Assembly: GCA_963668455.2 (NCBI GenBank)
Contig: CAXXOY010000009.1
Location: 191,467-215,466, forward strand
Reading direction: 5' to 3'
Length of the DNA: 24,000 bases
DNA from: an uncultured Desulfosarcina sp.
GTDB lineage: Bacteria; Desulfobacterota; Desulfobacteria; Desulfobacterales; Desulfosarcinaceae
Shown here: piece after piece, positions 1-8,398 of the stretch
Position numbering within the stretch: position 1 is the first letter of the stretch
How the letters are laid out: each line of letters begins with the position of its first letter
Notes under the pieces: generated by a model
What the model was told of the DNA's origin: nothing
Databases searched by the model: none
What the model saw: only the letters and a program-made list of their open reading frames with translations
Made by a program: the position numbers and the translations under genes

Positions 1-2208
1 CGAACCACTCAGTTTTTGTCCTACATTACCGAAGGCGACGTGAGTCCATCGGAAGTCACCCGAAACCTGTTGATTGCCCGTGAACTCTGGAACGCGGCCA
101 GGGATGCCGATATCGCCACCCTTGGAGACTATAAGATCGGCACGGCCCTTATGGGCGAAGCCATTTCCACGGATAGGTGGCTGCCGTTGATCAAGGAGGT
201 AATGACGGCCATATACTTGGGCCTGGTGCCCTTTCTTGTGATTTTATTGCCAACGCCGCTTGTCGGTCGGATCGGCGGTCTCATTATCGGCTTTTTCTGT
301 TTTCTGACGGCCTGGGAGGTCTGCGATGCATTGGTCCACAGCTATGCCATGGATCATACCGTCAACTTCTTCGATGAAATTCGCCGCCACGGCTTGAGTT
401 TCAGATCCATTGCCATGATGGAGAACCATAGTCACCGGTCCATGCTGATGTTCGGTAAAACCCGTGCGGCAACGATGATCCTGGCCGGCGTGATCTCCGG
501 GGTAATCGCCAAATTCGGCGGTTCTGCCCTGGCCCACTTCGCCAATACGATGAACTTCGGTCATTTGGGCCGTGAGGCGGCGATTCAGGTCAACGATCCC
601 TCTCAGCAGGCAAATGCCCTGGAGTCCTATGCCAAATCGCCGGTTCCGCTCGAGACACACCGCAACCAGGGTTATAACGAGATGGTTCGCCTTTCCAATC
701 TCGCTTACGCCGGGAACCTGGTGGGAAGTAAAAACCTGATTGACGATAGTGACGGCTCGTTCCAAGCCGCAGCCACACATAAGGGACGGGAAACGACCAA
801 CCGCACGCTCGAAGGTTCCGCCGGATATTCCGCCGTCAACAAACAGGCCGGGATCAGGGACATGGACGATCAGGATGCCCGTGAGCTGATGCGGGAAAAC
901 CAGGTGGCCAGCGGCTTGGCGTCGGCAGCGACCGCCGAAAACCTTGGCATGGAGCAGCACTATGACCGCACCAGTACGGAAATGATCAGGAACGATGCCG
1001 CCTTAAAAACCTTGGGCAAAGATGGCGATTTAAGCGAAAGACAGGCAGAGGTGGGAGTCATCCAGGGAACGCAACAGCGTGGGGCCTTGGACGCCAGCCG
1101 CGCTGTCGGCACCGAGGGAGTCTACAAGGCGGCCCACACCGACACGGCCCGCCACAGCGCCCATTCCATCATGGCCAACATCTTTGCTACTGATATTCTC
1201 CAGCATGGCGCCGTCAGCACGGGAAACCGCGATCTTCTCAACCGCTTGAACGGGGACCCGGCCATAAAAGGTTATCTTCAGACAGCCACCCGCATGGACG
1301 TTTCTCCAAACGCGGATGAAGCCGCTGCATTGGCCGCCTATTTCGGTTCTCACGGTCATCGTTTTGTACCGGGCATGCTCCAGGGCTCCCAGGTAAGTTT
1401 TAAAATGGCCTACGATCCCAATACCGGCGACATCGTTCCATCCAATATCGACGTATCGACCGGCGCGGGCTTTCACAATTTTGGTCAATACTTCGAGCGG
1501 CCCATTACGCCCGATCATCCTTACGTGCTGACCAATCCATCGTCGGGCGATGCGGTCACGATTACATCGGGAAGGGTTTACGGGCAATCCGGCATCTATC
1601 AGCAGGCCGAGGGCTTCATGGCCGACGGAACGCCCGTCAGTTTGGGATCTTCCGACGGCCATGTGTTGGATCGCATGTCGCTGGGCGAGAGGTTTGGCGG
1701 GTTCGGGAGCCCTTATGTGCTTTCGCGCCTAAGCCGGGGTATCGACACGATGATCAAAGGGGTCGATCTCACGGAAGCCTCGCAACGCACTGAAGTAATC
1801 CCTCAGATTGCAGGGGCTGTCTCCTCCAATTTTGTATCCGCGAATCAAAGCTATATAGATCAGGTGACGTCGACAATGTCGGGCTCTATTGGTGGCGGAG
1901 TGACCAAATACTTGGGCGTTTCAGGCAAGGCGGATGCCTCGTTCACAAAACAGGATCTTAACAGGTACGCCCAGAACCTGATTACACAGCGACTATTGGA
2001 TGTAACTGCTCAAGCCGAGGATAACGAAGCCGCCAGAGAAGCTCTCCAAAAAGAAATCGGTTACATGACAGCGAACAATTACAGACACATGAAGTCCGCC
2101 ATCAATGAGTACAGCCAAAATCATATCAAGGATACGGCGCAAAAAGCCGCCCGACGATTCGAAGAGGAAAACAAAGGATTCGACAAGATCATCGACAATA
2201 TAAAATAG
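1..2208 (+). CDS. Conjugal-transfer membrane protein, TraG N-terminal-domain-like (mating-pair formation/stabilisation). The 5' end is cut by the window edge.
   Basis: Frame 1 is open from position 1, and the TTG at 16 is only the first in-window start. The N-terminal third has several hydrophobic helices (LVPFLVILLPTPLVGRIGGLIIGFFCFLTAW; TMILAGVISGVIAKFGGSALA). A soluble region of about 500 aa and a charged helical tail follow. Architecture and T4SS context fit TraG_N-type proteins, but this is a recall-based call. Confidence 0.55.
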   Translation, partial: RTTQFLSYITEGDVSPSEVTRNLLIARELWNAARDADIATLGDYKIGTALMGEAISTDRWLPLIKEVMTAIYLGLVPFLVILLPTPLVGRIGGLIIGFFCFLTAWEVCDALVHSYAMDHTVNFFDEIRRHGLSFRSIAMMENHSHRSMLMFGKTRAATMILAGVISGVIAKFGGSALAHFANTMNFGHLGREAAIQVNDPSQQANALESYAKSPVPLETHRNQGYNEMVRLSNLAYAGNLVGSKNLIDDSDGSFQAAATHKGRETTNRTLEGSAGYSAVNKQAGIRDMDDQDARELMRENQVASGLASAATAENLGMEQHYDRTSTEMIRNDAALKTLGKDGDLSERQAEVGVIQGTQQRGALDASRAVGTEGVYKAAHTDTARHSAHSIMANIFATDILQHGAVSTGNRDLLNRLNGDPAIKGYLQTATRMDVSPNADEAAALAAYFGSHGHRFVPGMLQGSQVSFKMAYDPNTGDIVPSNIDVSTGAGFHNFGQYFERPITPDHPYVLTNPSSGDAVTITSGRVYGQSGIYQQAEGFMADGTPVSLGSSDGHVLDRMSLGERFGGFGSPYVLSRLSRGIDTMIKGVDLTEASQRTEVIPQIAGAVSSNFVSANQSYIDQVTSTMSGSIGGGVTKYLGVSGKADASFTKQDLNRYAQNLITQRLLDVTAQAEDNEAAREALQKEIGYMTANNYRHMKSAINEYSQNHIKDTAQKAARRFEEENKGFDKIIDNIK

Positions 2209-2257
2209 TGTCTAAGAAGTAATCATTAGTCGTTAAAAAGAATTTTGGAGGCCTATT

Positions 2258-2491
2258 ATGAAGGATGAAACATACGCTCTCAGCATGATCCTTATTGGGG
2301 CAATTATAATCGTTGCAATCATTTATATACTGACCTTCAGAGGAGACAAGCCCTCGAAGAAAAAAACAAAAGCAAACGCCAATGACTTCGCTGTAACGAG
2401 CGGGGAACGTAGATTTGAAACCGATGTCGTAACCAATCCTGCATTCTCCGACATGGAATGCAATATTTTTTACGAAGACCATCGTGGATAG
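2258..2491 (+). CDS. Small single-pass membrane protein, unknown function
   Basis: GGAGG lies 7 nt upstream of the ATG. There is one clear TM helix (LSMILIGAIIIVAIIYILTF) followed by a Lys-rich stretch. The gene sits in the transfer operon. Confidence 0.55.
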   Translation: MKDETYALSMILIGAIIIVAIIYILTFRGDKPSKKKTKANANDFAVTSGERRFETDVVTNPAFSDMECNIFYEDHRG

Positions 2492-2547
2492 CATATTTTT
2501 TTAAGCCATCAGACAACCTTACAGGTTTTAGAAAGGCGAAATTGACC

Positions 2548-3261
2548 ATGGAACAATCCTCAATCGACCTGAATGAAATCGCGGAAGGCGCGGCCTACCA
2601 GGCCATCGAAACCGCCATTATCCGGTATTTTCAGGTACGGGATTGCATTGTCGATTTCGATACCCAAAGCGCCTGTGTGCTCTTCGATCCTGTTGTTCAT
2701 CAAAAATGGATAGAACGGTTCAATGGGCAGCTCGATTCCGGTGGTTCAAGGGATGTCCCGATTTCAATACCGCTGAAGCGGTTGCCACCCCAAATCAAAC
2801 ATATGGCCCGTCCCGTTTTGGAAAACCTCATGGCGGGCCAAGAGATGCTGGAGTCTTATCGTATTTGGAAACCCCTCGAACGAACAATCGTACCAGGAAC
2901 CATAAGCGAGGCGCATCATACTCACTTCAAAATCAGTTTGAAGGGAGAAACAGGCATCTTGGACACCAGGGACGGAATCAAAGGCGAAGAGTACTCGCTT
3001 GGCAAGGCCCACTTGTTCCATGTCAAGCGGGTTCGGATGGATGGGCAAAAGGTCCGGATTCATCTATCGCGCAGGTCCAGAAGGCTTCCGGAATTCGTTC
3101 TGTCCAGCAAGTTTCCAAAATACAGGTTTACGTGTTATCGGCGCCTGCCAGGCATAAAATCCTGGATTCGAACGACGGCACCCCGCTATCGATGGGGGTT
3201 GTTCCTTTCCAAGGAAATTCGCCAACCCCTGGCAGGAGAATATCTTCAGTTTTATTCGTGA
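2548..3261 (+). CDS. Hypothetical protein with remote, collinear resemblance to the NusA N-terminal domain, S1 and the first KH region
   Basis: I prefer the ATG at 2548 (MEQSSIDLNEI) to the track start at 2458. The segments GTISEAHHTHFKISLKGETGILDTRDGIKGEEYSLGKAHLFHVKRVRMDGQKVRIHLSRRSRRLPEFV and RRLPGIKSWIRT...IRQPLAGEYLQF parallel the NusA S1 ...FVSRSKPEMLIELF and KH1 ...RDPGSRAKIAV...ELGGERIDIV. Identity is low and judged by eye. Confidence 0.5.
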   Translation: MEQSSIDLNEIAEGAAYQAIETAIIRYFQVRDCIVDFDTQSACVLFDPVVHQKWIERFNGQLDSGGSRDVPISIPLKRLPPQIKHMARPVLENLMAGQEMLESYRIWKPLERTIVPGTISEAHHTHFKISLKGETGILDTRDGIKGEEYSLGKAHLFHVKRVRMDGQKVRIHLSRRSRRLPEFVLSSKFPKYRFTCYRRLPGIKSWIRTTAPRYRWGLFLSKEIRQPLAGEYLQFYS

Positions 3262-3277
3262 GGAAAAGGAGTCGCAA

Positions 3278-3640
3278 ATGACGGAGGCACAAAAAAGCCC
3301 CAAAGACGGGCCGGCAAAAGGAAGGGAGTATTTCATCGAGATGGCCAAACATCCCCGATCCCGGGTCATCATGGCCAATACATCGGACACTTACATGATG
3401 GCCGATATCACCCGCCAAGGGGATATTATCATCAGCAGGCTTAGAGACGAATTGATGCGATCGATTAGCATCGAGGATTTTTCACGTTATATGGACGAGT
3501 ACTACAAAATCATATTCGGTCTGGAGGACCACCTGCAACGCATTGGAGCCAAGGTGGGCATCGATTATCGTCCCTCACGCACCTACAAAGCCATGAAGAA
3601 AAACAATCAGGCTTCGGTGGAAACCCCAACGGAACTATAA
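3278..3640 (+). CDS. Hypothetical protein (120 aa)
   Basis: AAGGAG lies 7 nt upstream of the ATG. It is co-directional and 16 nt after the previous stop. I recognised no motif. Confidence 0.55.
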   Translation: MTEAQKSPKDGPAKGREYFIEMAKHPRSRVIMANTSDTYMMADITRQGDIIISRLRDELMRSISIEDFSRYMDEYYKIIFGLEDHLQRIGAKVGIDYRPSRTYKAMKKNNQASVETPTEL

Positions 3641-3654
3641 AACACCATTCCGAT

Positions 3655-4266
3655 ATGTTTGCATTTTTCTCAAGAAAAAAAAGGTCGGGTTTGTCGGGCA
3701 TCCGTACCATATCGATTGCGGATCTGGCGCCTCTGTGGCGTGATTGCAATGAGGCTATCGGCCAAACGTTGGATGCTCAATCGGATGACACACAAAGAGA
3801 GGGAGCAAGCGGCGGGATACAAAGCGCTACACAACTGGAAAATGGGGAAATAGAATCCGGTCCGAAACAAAAAGAAGTCTTGGAAGATGAGGACGCTGCA
3901 TGGTTTGACGAAAAGCGTTTCTTTGCTGAAATGAAGGATAAATTGGAAGAAAACCGGACCTCGGCTTTTCGTTACAACGGAAATGCGTACTATACCCTCG
4001 ACACCGTTGCACGGGCATTGAACCGTCAACGGCGGGATAAATCCCTCGAACCCTTGCAACCCCAGGCCGTCATCGACTTTTTTCAAACTAATCGCCTATT
4101 GAAAAGCGGCAAGTACGTGATGCGGTTCGATACAGGGCTGCCCGTTAAAATTTACCTTTACTCGCACACCTACCAGGCGAGTGAAAATTCGAAGAGCGAA
4201 CCCCCCGTCACGGAAAACGGCCGCCATCTGAAAAGCATAAAAGCCATGGAGAAGCGTGAGACATGA
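3655..4266 (+). CDS. Hypothetical protein (203 aa) with an acidic central region
   Basis: A long ORF in the operon frame context. Its stop overlaps the next start (ATGA at 4263-4266). The Shine-Dalgarno is weak and I recognised no motif. Confidence 0.5.
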   Translation: MFAFFSRKKRSGLSGIRTISIADLAPLWRDCNEAIGQTLDAQSDDTQREGASGGIQSATQLENGEIESGPKQKEVLEDEDAAWFDEKRFFAEMKDKLEENRTSAFRYNGNAYYTLDTVARALNRQRRDKSLEPLQPQAVIDFFQTNRLLKSGKYVMRFDTGLPVKIYLYSHTYQASENSKSEPPVTENGRHLKSIKAMEKRET

Positions 4267-4520
4267 TCCTTCATGGGATAAAAACCTTCATCGGTATACT
4301 GGCGCTGTTGGTCCTGATTGCCGGATTCTATTACCGGATTGAAATTCAGCGGCGATACCCGGGATTCGATCCAACCTTGATGGCGACAGGCGCTTTTTTT
4401 CTTGCGGGTATAATCTATGCGGTCATCGACCGGAATATCGTCATTGCATTCATAACAATGGCCGTTACTGCCGCCATTCCGTATTTAAAGCAGTCGATTG
4501 TGGCCTATTGGCCCTATTAA
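4263..4520 (+). CDS. Small polytopic membrane protein (3 predicted TM helices)
   Basis: An ATGA start/stop overlap with the upstream ORF suggests translational coupling. Hydrophobic segments are IGILALLVLIAGFYY, GAFFLAGIIYAVI and IAFITMAVTAAIPYL. Confidence 0.6.
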   Translation: MILHGIKTFIGILALLVLIAGFYYRIEIQRRYPGFDPTLMATGAFFLAGIIYAVIDRNIVIAFITMAVTAAIPYLKQSIVAYWPY

Positions 4521-4553
4521 AGTACCCTACCCTATTCGTGCTGAGGTTACGAC

Positions 4554-5285
4554 TTGACCAGGGATGAAACGATAAACGCAATTCCCATCGAAAGTAACGG
4601 CAATGCCGGAACGCGCACCTATTTCAGGAATATCGTCGACGCCATTTCTCAGATTCAGCAATTCGCTGTCATGGAAAGATCCGATTACGAAATCCCCGAA
4701 GATTTTCTCACCCTTCGCGGGTCACTGAACTTTTTCAGCATCGGGTTTGGCAACGGCTTTATCGAAGGCATGGTGTTTACGTTCCTGTTGGCCATCGTCA
4801 TGACGCTCACGCACAGCGAATACCTTATGGATGTGGTCTCCCATAGCTTCCCGCTGGCCCGATCCCGCGCATTCCTGTGGATGTTGAACCTGTTGCCCGT
4901 TATCGTCGCGGTGGCGCTATGCTCTTATCTGAGCCGATATCGGATAGGCAAAATCGCCAAACGTGCCGTCGACGCGCTTTTGGTGGGACGCATGTTCAGT
5001 CTGATTATCAAGGCCATCGTTATTTTCGTTCTGTTGATTGCCCTCTATCGTTACAACGAAGTCGTTGCCCATGGTCTGGGGCGGGCATTGGCAAAGGTTC
5101 ATTATGGCTTCGGCAATGGTGTATTTTTGACCATCGGCAGAATGAAAGAGCATCTCTTGATCACCGCTTTTCGAATTCTGGCCATTTTTACCGGAGCGAT
5201 ATTGGCGCCATTTTTCACGATCTGGACGGTTTCCCTTTATCGCACACATCAGCGAAAAAAAGCCGAACGATTCTGGAGGGAATGA
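4554..5285 (+). CDS. Polytopic membrane protein, candidate membrane-anchor half of a split type IV coupling protein
   Basis: The TTG start has GAGG 7 nt upstream, and an alternative ATG lies at 4671. At least 4 TM helices are present (MVFTFLLAIVMTL; LNLLPVIVAVALCSYL; MFSLIIKAIVIFVLLIALY; ILAIFTGAILAPFFTIWTVSLY). Its stop TGA (5283-5285) overlaps the ATGATG start of the T4CP ATPase. Confidence 0.6.
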   Translation: MTRDETINAIPIESNGNAGTRTYFRNIVDAISQIQQFAVMERSDYEIPEDFLTLRGSLNFFSIGFGNGFIEGMVFTFLLAIVMTLTHSEYLMDVVSHSFPLARSRAFLWMLNLLPVIVAVALCSYLSRYRIGKIAKRAVDALLVGRMFSLIIKAIVIFVLLIALYRYNEVVAHGLGRALAKVHYGFGNGVFLTIGRMKEHLLITAFRILAIFTGAILAPFFTIWTVSLYRTHQRKKAERFWRE

Positions 5286-6616
5286 TGTTCCGGCCACGAA
5301 AACTCACCACTCTGATCGGCCGCGGTGTGCCTCTCCACGATTTAAAGGGCGCCATCCGCAAGATCGAACTCCCGGACAGGGACCGTATCGGTCATATGGG
5401 ATGCTTCGGAACCACCCGCATCGGCAAATCCAAGCTGATCGAGAACATGGTCGCCCAGGACATCGCCAAGGGCTATAGTGTCGTCATCGTGGACCCCAAG
5501 GGGGACCTGGATCTATTCTCTAAAATCGTACAGATAGCATGCGACAACGGTAGAGAGAAAGAGCTTTGCCTGATCAATCCCATCTACCCTGAGTTTTCTG
5601 CCAGGATCAATCCCTTGGCCTATTATTTCAGTCCTGAAGAAATCGTCAACCATGTGGTCGCGGGCGTCCACGCCAAGGATGCCTATTTTCATAATGTGGC
5701 TTATGAGACGACCCTCATGATCGTTTTAAGCCTGTTGGCGTTGAAAGCGAAGACAGATCCCGACTTGCCCATCAATTTCTCGGAGATCGGCAGGCGATGC
5801 GGAGCGGAAGAAATAGAGGATCTGATGAGTGCACTAACCAAGATCCAGGATCCCGGCACGCAGGAGATCGTGCAGATTGCCAACAAAATTCTTCAGGCCA
5901 AGCAGGAATTTTTCGGGAAGGTTACCTCTTCCCTTCGCACGGTCCTGACGGCCTTATCCATTGGCAATATGGGCAAGATCATCGGCAAGGCCCGCTCCAA
6001 CCAGTTCGTGGAGCGCCTGGAAAACGGGAAACGGGTCATCCTGGTGGTTCAGACCGGCAGCATGCTTTCCGGCAAGGTCAGCGACATGATGGCTCGAATT
6101 TTGATTTCCATGATCCAAAGTTTCATTGGCCGGCGTTTTGCTTCAGGTCAAAAGATAGATCCACCGCTCTCCATCTATATCGATGAATTTTCCAACGCAT
6201 GCTACATGGGCATCGAGGATCTATTCAACAAAGCCGGCGGCGCCGGTGCCATGGTAAGCGTGTTTACCCAATCGCTGGCAGATATCTCCGCGGCCATCGG
6301 AGAGCAGATGGCCCGCAAGATTCTGGACAACCTGAACACCAAAATATTCATGCGCGTCAACGATCCTTTGACCGCCAAGTATGTCAGCGAGTCCTCGGGC
6401 ACTCGAAAAAAATACGATCCCTTCCTTCAACTGGGGGGCGGTATCACCATGCGGTGTTCGGAGGAAGCTGCCGTGCGTCCCGAGGATGTGCTCAATTTGA
6501 ACAAACGCATCTTCTTTCTTTTCGGCATCGATGGCCGGTACAAGGGAAAGACCGAACTGGTCAAACCGTCCCGGTTGAAGGTGGAGTATCCTGACATTAT
6601 CTCCAAGGTGGTTTAA
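5282..6616 (+). CDS. Type IV coupling protein (TraD/VirD4/TrwB-like) ATPase domain protein lacking an N-terminal TM anchor
   Basis: The start is MMFRP at 5282/5285, with GGAGGG just upstream. The track ORF from 4877 is an upstream read-through of the frame. Motifs include Walker A GTTRIGKS, VVIVDPKGD, Walker B-like LSIYIDEFSN, VFTQSLADI and NTKIFMRVNDPLTAKYVSESSG, which are typical of T4CP/TrwB_AAD_bind proteins. Confidence 0.85.
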   Translation: MMFRPRKLTTLIGRGVPLHDLKGAIRKIELPDRDRIGHMGCFGTTRIGKSKLIENMVAQDIAKGYSVVIVDPKGDLDLFSKIVQIACDNGREKELCLINPIYPEFSARINPLAYYFSPEEIVNHVVAGVHAKDAYFHNVAYETTLMIVLSLLALKAKTDPDLPINFSEIGRRCGAEEIEDLMSALTKIQDPGTQEIVQIANKILQAKQEFFGKVTSSLRTVLTALSIGNMGKIIGKARSNQFVERLENGKRVILVVQTGSMLSGKVSDMMARILISMIQSFIGRRFASGQKIDPPLSIYIDEFSNACYMGIEDLFNKAGGAGAMVSVFTQSLADISAAIGEQMARKILDNLNTKIFMRVNDPLTAKYVSESSGTRKKYDPFLQLGGGITMRCSEEAAVRPEDVLNLNKRIFFLFGIDGRYKGKTELVKPSRLKVEYPDIISKVV

Positions 6617-6636
6617 AGCCCCAAAAGGAATCCTCC

Positions 6637-7395
6637 ATGAAAAAGATCGGTATCTGCAACAACAAGGGCGGTGTGGGCAAAACCACCATCACCCTATGTC
6701 TGGCCGGAGCCCTGGCCGAAATGGATCTGAAAGTGCTCCTGGTAGACATGGATCAGCAAGGGTCTTTAAGTTCCTCCTTTTTGCCCTATATCCACAACCT
6801 ACCGTTGGTGGTCACGGATGTGATCCGGGATGATAATGTATCCATCAAAGCGGCGGTTCATCGGACCCAATACGCCAATATCAAGATCCTTCCTTCCAAT
6901 TTGAGCCTTGCCAAACTGGAAAGCGAACTTCAATCCGAACGGGACGCCCATTACTATCTGGCCGACAGGCTTGATGAGATCAATGGTCAATACGATGTGG
7001 TCATTATCGATTCGCCTCCCAATTTAGGACTGGCCACATGGTCGGTATTAGCAGCAGTTCAGGATCTGATCATCCCTTTGGAGGCCCAGGATTACAGTGT
7101 CAAAGGCACGGGGTATGTCCACGGGTTGATCGACAAGGTAAAAAAGCGAGCCAATCCCCGGCTGGAAATTTTGGGTTACCTGATTAATAGATACGATGGC
7201 CGGCGGCGTATCGAGCAGGATTTCAAGGCCATGATCCAAGACCATCTGGGCAACCGAGTGTTCGATCAGGTATTGAAAGACGCCGTTGCATATGTGGAAG
7301 CTGTCACTTTGGGAATACCGATTACCATGCTTTATCCAAAAAGCGAGCATGCCGAGATGTTTCGCCAGCTTGGCAGGAAGGTCATGTATGGCTAA
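6637..7395 (+). CDS. parA: ParA/Soj-family partition ATPase
   Basis: It has the deviant Walker A (KIGICNNKGGVGKTT), plus VLLVDMDQQGS and VVIIDSPPNLG. A parB gene follows. Confidence 0.95.
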   Translation: MKKIGICNNKGGVGKTTITLCLAGALAEMDLKVLLVDMDQQGSLSSSFLPYIHNLPLVVTDVIRDDNVSIKAAVHRTQYANIKILPSNLSLAKLESELQSERDAHYYLADRLDEINGQYDVVIIDSPPNLGLATWSVLAAVQDLIIPLEAQDYSVKGTGYVHGLIDKVKKRANPRLEILGYLINRYDGRRRIEQDFKAMIQDHLGNRVFDQVLKDAVAYVEAVTLGIPITMLYPKSEHAEMFRQLGRKVMYG

Positions 7396-8266
7396 GGACT
7401 TTTCCCAGAATGCCCGGGACCGATCCACCTTTCTGGCTCCTTCGGCTTTGAATACAGCTGCAAAAATGGGCGATCGGGCGGATACCCGCCCGCTCCGGAC
7501 GGCAAGGTTGATTGAAATCGAGCGTATCCGGCCGGACCCGAACCAACCCAGAAAAACCTTTGTCCAGAAAACACTTGAGTCCCTTGCCCAATCCATAGGA
7601 GAAATTGGCGGTATCATCGATCCGATAACGGTCCAATTTTCTGAAAATGAAGACTGTTTCCTGATCATCAGTGGAGAGCGCCGTTATCGGGCCGCCAAAA
7701 TCGCCGGTCTCGACACGCTTCCCTGTATCGTCAAACAACCAGATGACAAAACCCGTTTTCTCATGCAGTTTATTGCCAACATCCAGCGGGAAGATATCCC
7801 GCCCCTGGAAGAGGCCGCGGCCATTCGGCGATTGGTTCAGACCTATGGGTTCACCCAACACGAGATCGCAAAACTGATCAATAAATCGAAAAGCTATGTC
7901 AGTCAGATCCTGGGCCTGGAGCGGCTTTCCGATGAAGCCAAAGAGAAGGTTCAGACGTCTGAACTTTCCAAAGAGGTTCAGATCCAGGCATCTCGGGAAA
8001 CAAAGCCTGAAAAGCAGATTGAAATTTTGAAGATGGCCTCCGACGATAAAAAGACCGTTCGGGATATCCGCAATCAGACCAAGCAAGTTGGCGTCCAAAA
8101 TCCGGATCGCAATGAGACTTTCAGCCAGTGGACCTGGCGATCAAATAAGGGACGTTTTACGGTGTCGGTACGGTTTATGGAGGAGCATCCATTCGAAAAA
8201 AAGACGAACATGGTTCGGGATGCTTTAGAGGAAGCGGTCAATCAGATTTCTGCTAAACACAAATAA
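7388..8266 (+). CDS. parB: ParB-family partition/DNA-binding protein
   Basis: The start is ATG 7388 (MAKDFSQ), overlapping the parA end by 8 nt. The track start at 7286 lies inside parA. ParB N-terminal motifs are IEIERIRPDPNQPRKTF and ISGERRYRAAKIAGLDTLPCIV. An HTH-like segment reads HEIAKLINKSKSYVSQIL. Confidence 0.9.
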   Translation: MAKDFSQNARDRSTFLAPSALNTAAKMGDRADTRPLRTARLIEIERIRPDPNQPRKTFVQKTLESLAQSIGEIGGIIDPITVQFSENEDCFLIISGERRYRAAKIAGLDTLPCIVKQPDDKTRFLMQFIANIQREDIPPLEEAAAIRRLVQTYGFTQHEIAKLINKSKSYVSQILGLERLSDEAKEKVQTSELSKEVQIQASRETKPEKQIEILKMASDDKKTVRDIRNQTKQVGVQNPDRNETFSQWTWRSNKGRFTVSVRFMEEHPFEKKTNMVRDALEEAVNQISAKHK

Positions 8267-8269
8267 ACC

Positions 8270-8329
8270 ACTGGTGAGTCAATGTATAGGCCGATGACCT
8301 GTGCCAGTTCCTCCTGAGTTGACACCAGT
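8270..8329. repeat. Imperfect inverted repeat downstream of parB (ACTGGTG(AG)TCAA ... TTGACACCAGT), a candidate partition site or transcript stem-loop
   Basis: The arms at 8270-8282 and 8319-8329 are complementary except for a 2-nt bulge. No T-run follows, so it is not a canonical terminator. It does not match the chromosomal parS consensus. Confidence 0.3.
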
Positions 8330-8398
8330 TGAAATATTTGCAAACGTGGATGTATCCTGCCGATTATGTCCACCATCAACGAAACGGAGCTCCTCCTT

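Noticed and set aside
244-1662. Long antisense ORFs (244-960 and 1030-1662, minus strand) inside the TraG-like gene
   Set aside because: They overlap a much longer sense ORF that has membrane-protein features. Their composition is Arg/Gly/His-rich and low in complexity, as expected for shadow frames. They have no start context.
2643-3281. Alternative + frame ORF of 212 aa overlapping the NusA-like ORF
   Set aside because: The translation is extremely Arg/Ser/Gly/Pro-rich with no plausible fold signal. It is the out-of-frame shadow of 2548-3261, which has an SD and sensible composition.
4877-5281. Upstream extension of the T4CP ORF (track start 4877)
   Set aside because: This part lies entirely inside the 4-TM membrane ORF in another frame and translates to Arg-rich nonsense. 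The ATPase homology begins at MMFRP (5282), right after a GGAGGG.
7048-8098. Minus-strand ORFs 7048-7668 and 7382-8098 opposite parA/parB
   Set aside because: These are shadow ORFs opposite unmistakable ParA and ParB coding sequence.
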